Notes under the pieces: model-generated
The model's input: the letters and a program-made list of their open reading frames with translations, nothing else
The model's database searches: none
What the model was told of the DNA's origin: nothing
Shown here: piece by piece, positions 57,280 through 64,000 of the stretch
Position numbering within the stretch: the stretch's first letter is position 1
How the letters are laid out: every line of letters begins with the position of its first letter
Assembly (NCBI GenBank): GCA_016182095.1
Contig: JACOXY010000010.1
Coordinates: forward strand, 334 to 64,333
Length of the DNA stretch: 64,000 bases
DNA from: Candidatus Liptonbacteria bacterium
GTDB taxonomy: Bacteria; Patescibacteriota; Minisyncoccia; UBA6257; JACOXY01
Reading direction: 5' to 3'
Made by a program: the position numbers and the translations under genes

Positions 57280-59770
57280 TGCCAATGCCTTAATTCACCG
57301 GGCATTTCACGCGCTACCGCCTTTAACCGCCCCCGACGGCAGGCCGGCTCACGCGATCTACGGACTCTCTAGTATTCTTTTGAAAATTTGGCGTGATGAG
57401 CGGCCCGATTATGTTGCGGCGCTTTTTGATCGGCCGGAACCAACGCTTCGCAAACAGGAATATAAGGAGTATAAAGCGCAGCGGCCAAAAGCAGCTAACG
57501 AGCTTATTGCTCAAATAATTGAGGCCCATCATTTGTTCGCGGCGTTTGGCGTTAAAATATTTGAAGTGCCCGGATATGAAGCCGATGACTTAATCGGAGC
57601 CGCGGCCGAAAAGTTTAAAGATGAGCCTGATTTGAAAATTATAATTTTGACGGGGGATTTAGACGCTCTGCAACTCGTCTATAAAGACAAAATAGTCGTG
57701 AAAACTTTAAAAACAGGCATTAGTAACACAGTTGTCTATGATGAAAAAGCGGTCATCGAAAGATATGGGCTTGCCCCCCAAGAACTCCCCGACTATAAAG
57801 CGCTTGTAGGCGATGCGTCCGATAATATTCCGGGGCTTCCCGGTGTTGGCCCAAAAACTACGACCGCGCTCCTCCAAAAATATCACACAATTGAAAACTT
57901 ATACGAGTCGCTGGACAATGAACCAAAAATCAAAGAAAAATTTGAGACTTATAAAAAAGACGCTGTTTTGTATAAGCGCCTCGCGACCATTAACCGAAAA
58001 GCCCCGCTTGCGGTAGATAATTTAGAAGAACTTAAATCACGCGAATTAAGCCCAAAACTCACGGAATATTTTAAGAGTTTTGGGTTTGGTAGTTTATTAA
58101 AGCGCATTGGCGCTGAAGAAATGGCGACCGCGGCACCTAGAGAAGAGCCGGCAAATCTTTTCTCGCAAAACAAAACAAACAAAGAAGACGGAGTTTTTAT
58201 TTTAAATACAAACGATATTTTGAACCGCAAAAATGATTTAATGACAGATAAAACAAAAATAGGATTTTACCTCAAAGATTTAGTCAAAACAGCGCGCGGC
58301 AAGGACATTGCTATGCCGGGGCCCTACTTTGATTTGGGCGTGGGGTTTTGGCTTCTTGACCCCGATTATAAAAAATACGACCCGGAGTCTGTTTTTTCCG
58401 CCGTAGGCGGATCCGCCTGGGGCGGAAAAAAGTTTTCTAACCACGGTTGGCACAACACAGAAGAAGACCTACAGATCGCATATCAATTTTTGAAGCGCGA
58501 AATAGACAAGCGCGGACTTCAAAAAATTTTTGAAGGAATTGAAATGCCGCTTATTGATATACTGGCCGGAATGGAACGAGCCGGAATAAAAATAAATAAA
58601 ACCGTCCTTCAAAAATTGTTTGCGCGCCTGGAAGAGGAAGCGGGGATACTTAAAGAAAAAATTTATAAAAGTGCCGGCAAAAAACTGAATATTAATTCGC
58701 CCAAACAACTTTCCGAACTATTGTTTGAGGTTTTAAAAATTAGTTCGCCCAAAATAAAACGCACGCCAACCGGGCTTCGCTCAACTGATGAAGAGGCCCT
58801 CTCTTCTCTTCGCGGAAGTCATCCGATTATTGATCTTATTTTACAATATCGCGAGATATTTAAGTTGGAATCTACGTACGTCAAGCCAATTTTAGAGTTT
58901 GTGGCGAGTGATGGGAGACTGCATACCGAGTACATTCAAACCGGAACGGCGACAGGAAGATTAAGTTCAGAGAATCCGAATCTGCAAAATATTCCCGTGG
59001 CCCAAGACACGGGGGGTGGCGATCGGGGGTGGTTGCTTCGCTCTGCCTTTGTCGCGGATACAGGATTCACGTTTGTTGCCTTTGACTACTCACAGATTGA
59101 GCTTAGGGTTTTAGCTTCCGTGGCCGAAGACGAAAAAATGATACAAACTTTTATAGACGGAAAAGATATCCATGCCGCGACTGCCGCGACCGTTTTTCAC
59201 GTTCCGCTTCCGGACGTTACTCCGGAGATGAGGCGTATAGCAAAAACGTTAAATTTTGGCATTATTTACGGAATGGGCGCAACCTCTTTCGCGAGAAATG
59301 CCGGCCTAAAACGAGACGAAGCTAGGCGGTTTATTGAAAATTATTTTCAGGAATTCCAACAAATCAAAAATTGGCAGGAGAAAACCATTCAAGAGGCAAG
59401 AAGCGCCGGGTTTGTAAAAAATGAAAATGGACGGATAAGAAACGTCGCGGCTTTAAGATTGGGCGCGTTTCGCGCCGCAAGCGAAGCCGAGCGGATTACA
59501 ATCAATATGCCCATCCAGAGCTTAGGGGCGGATATTATCAAGCTCGCCATGATTAATACGGCGGCTATCATAAAATCAAATTTCAAAAACGGCGAAGTGC
59601 GAATGCTGCTTTCAATTCACGATGAATTGCTGTTTGAGATTCGTGATGATATTATTAAAGAAGCGAGCGAGCTGATTTACGAAACCATGAGTTCGGTTTA
59701 TAAGCTTAAAGTTCCATTGATAGTGAATATGAAAAGCGGGAAAAATTGGGGGGATTTAAAGGAATTATAG
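57257..59770 (+). CDS. polA: DNA polymerase I
   Basis: LIDANALIHRAFHA, YEADD, GDASDNIPG, TGRLSSENPNLQNIP, DYSQIELR, AKTLNFGIIYG, IHDEL. Confidence 0.96.
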   Translation: MRTLLLIDANALIHRAFHALPPLTAPDGRPAHAIYGLSSILLKIWRDERPDYVAALFDRPEPTLRKQEYKEYKAQRPKAANELIAQIIEAHHLFAAFGVKIFEVPGYEADDLIGAAAEKFKDEPDLKIIILTGDLDALQLVYKDKIVVKTLKTGISNTVVYDEKAVIERYGLAPQELPDYKALVGDASDNIPGLPGVGPKTTTALLQKYHTIENLYESLDNEPKIKEKFETYKKDAVLYKRLATINRKAPLAVDNLEELKSRELSPKLTEYFKSFGFGSLLKRIGAEEMATAAPREEPANLFSQNKTNKEDGVFILNTNDILNRKNDLMTDKTKIGFYLKDLVKTARGKDIAMPGPYFDLGVGFWLLDPDYKKYDPESVFSAVGGSAWGGKKFSNHGWHNTEEDLQIAYQFLKREIDKRGLQKIFEGIEMPLIDILAGMERAGIKINKTVLQKLFARLEEEAGILKEKIYKSAGKKLNINSPKQLSELLFEVLKISSPKIKRTPTGLRSTDEEALSSLRGSHPIIDLILQYREIFKLESTYVKPILEFVASDGRLHTEYIQTGTATGRLSSENPNLQNIPVAQDTGGGDRGWLLRSAFVADTGFTFVAFDYSQIELRVLASVAEDEKMIQTFIDGKDIHAATAATVFHVPLPDVTPEMRRIAKTLNFGIIYGMGATSFARNAGLKRDEARRFIENYFQEFQQIKNWQEKTIQEARSAGFVKNENGRIRNVAALRLGAFRAASEAERITINMPIQSLGADIIKLAMINTAAIIKSNFKNGEVRMLLSIHDELLFEIRDDIIKEASELIYETMSSVYKLKVPLIVNMKSGKNWGDLKEL

Positions 59771-59820
59771 ACGTTGCAATCGTTCTAAACGTTAGAACGT
59801 TAGAACGTTAGAACGCTATA
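59771..59820. repeat. Compact gene-less CGTT/AACG arm pair
   Basis: ACGTTGCAATCGTTCTAA then (ACGTTAGA)x3 ACGCTATA. Confidence 0.75.
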
Positions 59821-59831
59821 ATGTTTCCGCG

Positions 59832-61160
59832 TTGTTTAAGCGTTTTTTAAAAAACATAAAACTCTATTCTGCTTTGCCGGAGATGAGATTGTTTTGGATA
59901 TTTTTACCCATTGCATTGGTTATTTTGGTTATAAATTTTTTGAATCTTGCCCCAGCGCTTTTTTACGCGACTGCAAGCCTTATTGCTGTTTTAGGAATTG
60001 CGGTTTTATTTGCGAGCTTAAAACTTGCCTCCTCCAACCTGGAGGTAAAAGTTGAAAGGAATGAAATGAAGAGCATTATTCAAAATCTTCGCGATGGCAT
60101 TATAGCTTACGACACGGACTTTCGGGTTTTGGTATTTAATAGGGCTGCCGAAGAGATTTTTAGCATACCGGCTCACGAAATTATAGGCAGCATCATCTCG
60201 CTGGATTACGCCGGCAAACTTCAATCCAAAATGCTGACGCAGTCAATGTTTCCATCGCTTGCCGAATCAAGCACGAATCGCACCGAAATATCTTCCAATA
60301 TCCAAGTGGTTGACGTTTCATTTGATAACCCGGAAGTGGAGCTGCGCATTACAACCGCGAAGATCGTTGATCCGGGTGGCAGCCTATTGGGATTTGTGAA
60401 AATAATTCATGACAGAACCAGAGAAGCCGCCATCTTAAAATCTAAGAGCGCTTTTATTACCATCGCGGCTCACCAGTTAAGAACTCCGGTGAATGCTATC
60501 CAGTGGACGTTGGAAACCCTTGAAAAAGAGGATGGCTTAAGCGCCGAAGGCAAGCTTTTTATTGCTAATGGCGCGAAGGCGGCCACGAATCTTTCCCAAA
60601 TCGTCAATGGCCTTTTGGATGTGGCAAAGATCGAAGAGGGGCGCTTTGGTTATAAATTTGAAGAGCTTGATCTAATCGGCCTGATAGAAGAGACTCTGAA
60701 GAATGTAGCACTCACTGCTAAGGGGTACGGTATTAACATATATTTTAATAAGCCGAAAGACGAATCAATCAATGTAGTCGCGGACAGAGAGCGGCTCATG
60801 CTCGCCATTACCAATGTTCTTGATAACGCCATAAAATATAACGTTAAAAATGGCAGCGTTACACTGGGGGTCGCGAAACTTCCCGACTCTACGTTTGTGG
60901 AGATAAAAATAGAAGATACTGGCATAGGAATCCCCGAGGGAAACTTAAGCAAATTATTCACAAAATTTTTCCGAGGAGAAAATGTTTTAAAAATTCAAAC
61001 CGAGGGCTCCGGCTTGGGGCTATATATTACGAAAAATATTATTAAAAGACACGGCGGAGACATCAGGGTGGAATCCGAATTGAATCGTGGTACTATATTT
61101 TATTTCACCCTGCCGCTAGATCCCAATTTAATACCGAAAAAAGAGACAGTATTTGAGTAG
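59832..61160 (+). CDS. PAS-domain sensor histidine kinase
   Basis: 2 TMs, PAS (FNRAAEEIF), AAHQLRTP, NVLDNAIKY, DTGIGI, GSGLGL. Confidence 0.93.
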   Translation: MFKRFLKNIKLYSALPEMRLFWIFLPIALVILVINFLNLAPALFYATASLIAVLGIAVLFASLKLASSNLEVKVERNEMKSIIQNLRDGIIAYDTDFRVLVFNRAAEEIFSIPAHEIIGSIISLDYAGKLQSKMLTQSMFPSLAESSTNRTEISSNIQVVDVSFDNPEVELRITTAKIVDPGGSLLGFVKIIHDRTREAAILKSKSAFITIAAHQLRTPVNAIQWTLETLEKEDGLSAEGKLFIANGAKAATNLSQIVNGLLDVAKIEEGRFGYKFEELDLIGLIEETLKNVALTAKGYGINIYFNKPKDESINVVADRERLMLAITNVLDNAIKYNVKNGSVTLGVAKLPDSTFVEIKIEDTGIGIPEGNLSKLFTKFFRGENVLKIQTEGSGLGLYITKNIIKRHGGDIRVESELNRGTIFYFTLPLDPNLIPKKETVFE

Positions 61161-61278
61161 GGTGTGGGGTAGGGTGAGTGGCCTGCCTGCGCAGGCAGAG
61201 GGTATAGTAAAAACCCCAAACCTCATTCGATCCTGAGGCTCTCAGAGCCGATGGCCTAAACCCCAAACCCTAAACCCC
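61160..61278. repeat. Gene-less G-rich/C-rich 7-nt arm pair with two nested REP-like hairpins
   Basis: GGGTGTGGGGTAGGG[CCTGCCTGCGCAGGCA]GGGTATAGTAAAAACCCCAAACC[hairpin]CCTAAACCCCAAACCCTAAACCCC-ATG. Confidence 0.8.
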
Positions 61279-62091
61279 ATGATCATTACCCTCTACGGCC
61301 CCGATTCTTACCGGCGCAAAATAAAACTTGACTCTCTTGTTTCGGAATATCTGCAAAAACGCCAGTCTATGGCTTATGGGTTATTTGATTTAGCCGGTGA
61401 TGATTTAAGTTCTGGCGACGAGGAAGGCAACTTTCAAAAATTTGCAGAATTTTTAAAAACACCGAGTTTATTCCAGTCAGCAAAGCTTGCGGTGCTTAAA
61501 AACCCCTTTTCTTTTGAAAATCAAGCTAAATTAAAAAAAATTATGAAAGAGCTTATTTTGAGAGACGTTAATTTGATAATTTCCGACTCAACAAGGTCAA
61601 TAAAAAAAGAATTTGATTTTTTGAAAGAAAAACCAAACGTAAGCCAAATCTTTGATAAACTTTCTGGCCCGGAGCTTGCCCATTTTATAAAGGAAGCGGC
61701 GAAGGAAAAAGAAGTGGTGCTTCAGGATGGGGCGGTAAAATTTTTAGCCGCGGCCTTGCCAAGTGATAGCTGGGGGATAGTTAATGAACTTGCGAAGCTG
61801 AAATTTACCGGGATAAAAAAACCGATTGATGTAGCCGTTTTGAAAGCCGCTGGCCTTGTCCCAGAGGAAGATTTTTTTTCAATGGTTTCGGGCTGGTTAA
61901 GCAGGCCGATCCACAGCCGGCTTTTTTCTCTGGAGAAAATTTTTTATTTAAAAGAAGAAACGCCAAAAATTTTCAATATTCTGGCTTATCAGGACATTTC
62001 TAAATTGCGCAATTTTGCCGATTATGATGTCGCGATAAAATCCGGCAAATTGGATTATGATGAAGTGTTGTTGGATTTGGCTCTGCGCTAG
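61279..62091 (+). CDS. holA: DNA polymerase III delta subunit
   Basis: MIITLYGPDSY, PSLF..KLAVL, NELAKL, DVAIKSG; convergent with rpsT. Confidence 0.75.
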   Translation: MIITLYGPDSYRRKIKLDSLVSEYLQKRQSMAYGLFDLAGDDLSSGDEEGNFQKFAEFLKTPSLFQSAKLAVLKNPFSFENQAKLKKIMKELILRDVNLIISDSTRSIKKEFDFLKEKPNVSQIFDKLSGPELAHFIKEAAKEKEVVLQDGAVKFLAAALPSDSWGIVNELAKLKFTGIKKPIDVAVLKAAGLVPEEDFFSMVSGWLSRPIHSRLFSLEKIFYLKEETPKIFNILAYQDISKLRNFADYDVAIKSGKLDYDEVLLDLALR

Positions 62092-62215
62092 GAGCCTCCT
62101 CAATGTATTCTCCGAATACAATTTCGTCGCCTGCCTGCGCAGGCAAGTCATGCCTTGAAATCATCTTATTTTTTGGCTTCTAAATTTGATTTATGTTCGT
62201 ATCTCACACTCCTAA
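62089..62215. mobile_element. Truncated structured element H between holA and rpsT stops
   Basis: B/C-like core on minus strand, nested CCTGCCTGCGCAGGCA, 29-bp end repeated at 62875..62903. Confidence 0.55.
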
Positions 62216-62478
62216 CTCGTCTTGCGGTTCAGCATTTTGCTTAGCCGTGATTTCAGCCGGCTGGCTTTTCCTTTCTTAATAACATTGGTTTTGGCGGCCT
62301 TGTCCAAACTCTTAAAGACTTTTGACAGTGTCTGGATTGCGTCATTAATCTTCCCGGCCTCCAAAAACTTTTTATAATCCTTCAGGATTTTTTTATAAGT
62401 CTCTTTAACTACAAGGTTTTTTGCGCGCCTTTTAATGTTTTGCCTTAGCGCTTTTTTTGCTGAAGATGTTATTGGCAT
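62212..62478 (-). CDS. rpsT: 30S ribosomal protein S20
   Basis: MPITSSAKKALRQ, LDKAAKTNVIKKGKASRLKSRL. Confidence 0.95.
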   Translation of the reverse strand: MPITSSAKKALRQNIKRRAKNLVVKETYKKILKDYKKFLEAGKINDAIQTLSKVFKSLDKAAKTNVIKKGKASRLKSRLSKMLNRKTS

Positions 62479-62622
62479 GATAGGAAAATAAAAATTAATC
62501 CATTCGGCCAGCTCAGGATTAATGCTGAGCCATGCCGAAACATTAAATATCAAAAATCAAATATATAGTACTATAGATTTTTAAAAAAATCAAGGCATCC
62601 TTTCGGATGCCCGCGCCAACCC

Positions 62623-62772
62623 TTAAAAGAGCGGCGCTCTCTGCAGAACCTCAAGTGTTATTGAGGCAGCAGTGAAAAGACGCAGAAGAAAACTCTCCAT
62701 GGCGGCGAATACCGCTCCCATGAGGAGTTTCAGCACGATTATCACCGCGGCAAGACGTATGGCGATGATCAT
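62623..62772 (-). CDS. Candidate 49-aa hydrophobic peptide (absent from ORF track)
   Basis: MIIAIRLAAVIIVLKLLMGAVFAAMESFLLRLFTAASITLEVLQRAPLF; consensus promoter upstream, hairpin terminator downstream. Confidence 0.45.
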   Translation of the reverse strand: MIIAIRLAAVIIVLKLLMGAVFAAMESFLLRLFTAASITLEVLQRAPLF

Positions 62773-62932
62773 ATATACAGGAGCGTTTGTTTCAGAGTTC
62801 GACGCGCTCCCGACACTATCGTGCCGTCATCTCCTGCTTTAGAAGGGCAAAATTCCCCTTTTAGCTTCTCAGGCTGATTTATGTTCGTATCTCACACTCC
62901 TAAAGCAGGAGACGGCAAGCTCTCATTTTGTA

Positions 62933-62961
62933 ATTATACCATATTAAAATAAATTTGTCAA
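62933..62961 (-). promoter_or_regulatory. Consensus sigma70 promoter
   Basis: TTGACA-17 nt-TATAAT with TG extension. Confidence 0.75.
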
Positions 62962-63000
62962 AGACTATAAGAGCTGTCAGCAAAGAGTTATAATAAAAAA

Positions 63001-63573
63001 ATGATCCACTTCTTAAGCGGAAATTTGGCGCTAAAAGGCAAAAATTTCGTTGTAATAGAAACGCATGGCGTTGGTTACAAAATTTTTGTTAGCGACGCAA
63101 TGATGGAGCACTTGCAAACTGGCGTTGAGACTAAATTATTCTGCTATTTTTACATGAAGGAAGACGGAATCAGTCTTTATGGATTTTTGAATAGTGAAGA
63201 CCTGGAGCTTTTTGAAATGTTAAATTCGGTTTCCGGAGTGGGCCCCAAGACTGCATTGGGTATTATGAATCTTACCGCCACACCCAATCTTCTCGCGGCA
63301 ATTAAAGAGGGGCGCGTTCTGCTTCTCACCAAAGCTTCCGGCATTGGGCGGAAAACCGCGGAAAGATTAATTCTTGAGCTGAAAGAAAAAATCAAAAGCC
63401 ACGAATCAAAAGATCTGATAGGCGCGATGGAGTCTGACGCTGATGTTTTGGGCGCGCTTATTAATCTTGGCTATGGGAGGAGCGAGGCAAAAGAGGCGCT
63501 AAGGAAAATTGATCCGGCTATTCTCGGTATCCCGGCGCGCCTTAAAGAAGCCCTAAAACTCTTGAAAAGGTAG
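63001..63573 (+). CDS. ruvA: Holliday junction branch migration protein RuvA
   Basis: GVGYKI, LYGF, VSGVGPKTAL, GIGRKTAERLILELK, ALINLGY. Confidence 0.97.
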   Translation: MIHFLSGNLALKGKNFVVIETHGVGYKIFVSDAMMEHLQTGVETKLFCYFYMKEDGISLYGFLNSEDLELFEMLNSVSGVGPKTALGIMNLTATPNLLAAIKEGRVLLLTKASGIGRKTAERLILELKEKIKSHESKDLIGAMESDADVLGALINLGYGRSEAKEALRKIDPAILGIPARLKEALKLLKR

Positions 63574-63611
63574 TATAATTATTACAGTCAAAGTTAAAGG
63601 AGTGTGCGTCT

Positions 63612-63974
63612 ATGCTTGCCCTATTTGCGGCGCATCCTCTTCTTATTATATTTTTCCCGCTTCTCATTTTTGTCGCCGCGCTTATTTATATTTTTGTTCC
63701 GCGCCATGAAGGGAGATTTATAATTATTGAAAATAAAAGCTATAAAAGAGCCGGTAAATTTCTAGTTCACGGCGCTTACCAGTGTGGTAATATTTTGTAC
63801 GTTTCAGATTCAAAACTCGGCATAGACGGATGTTTGGTGGAGCTAATTGATGAGGGGGGCCATAAGGAGACCTATTGGTTTAAGAAACCTCCGGAGGCGA
63901 TGAGAAATAGAATGATAGGGATTAATATCGGCAGCTTTGAAATAAAGCCGGAAGATATCAAAGCGGACTTCTAA
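63612..63974 (+). CDS. Hypothetical membrane-anchored protein
   Basis: AAGGAG RBS, N-terminal TM, hairpin after stop. Confidence 0.65.
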   Translation: MLALFAAHPLLIIFFPLLIFVAALIYIFVPRHEGRFIIIENKSYKRAGKFLVHGAYQCGNILYVSDSKLGIDGCLVELIDEGGHKETYWFKKPPEAMRNRMIGINIGSFEIKPEDIKADF

Positions 63975-64000
63975 TGGAGCCGCTTTTTTAGACCGATTCT

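Overview
Chromosomal window from a small-genome bacterium; gene content and order point to Patescibacteria/CPR, probably Parcubacteria (inference). It spans the replication origin region (jag-yidC-rnpA-rpmH / dnaA-dnaN with DnaA boxes) and housekeeping genes (S1, gyrA, xerC/D-like, rpsO, pnp, comM, pcrA, rsmA, PBP1A, ruvA/B/C, yebC, tsaE, polA, holA, rpsT, tRNA-Leu). It also holds a CPR-type pilin/T4SS-like set (five VirB2/TrbC-like pilins, VirB6-like, PrgI, VirB4) and a PilB/GspE ATPase. Most notable: (1) two four-helix-bundle (IVP/Avd-like) genes, each enclosed by its own inverted arms of short tandem repeats, with gene-less pairs of the same arms elsewhere and similar repeats inside housekeeping CDSs; (2) a pilin that stops at a G8 tract, where a +1 shift would add a Cys-rich module homologous to one in a T4SS-locus protein; (3) gyrA with two inteins 12 codons apart; (4) several MITE/REP-like families, some sharing a structured core or supplying start/stop codons; (5) two strong orphan promoters driving a candidate ncRNA and a 49-aa hydrophobic peptide; (6) repeated leaderless-type promoters. 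All calls come from reading the sequence; no searches were run.
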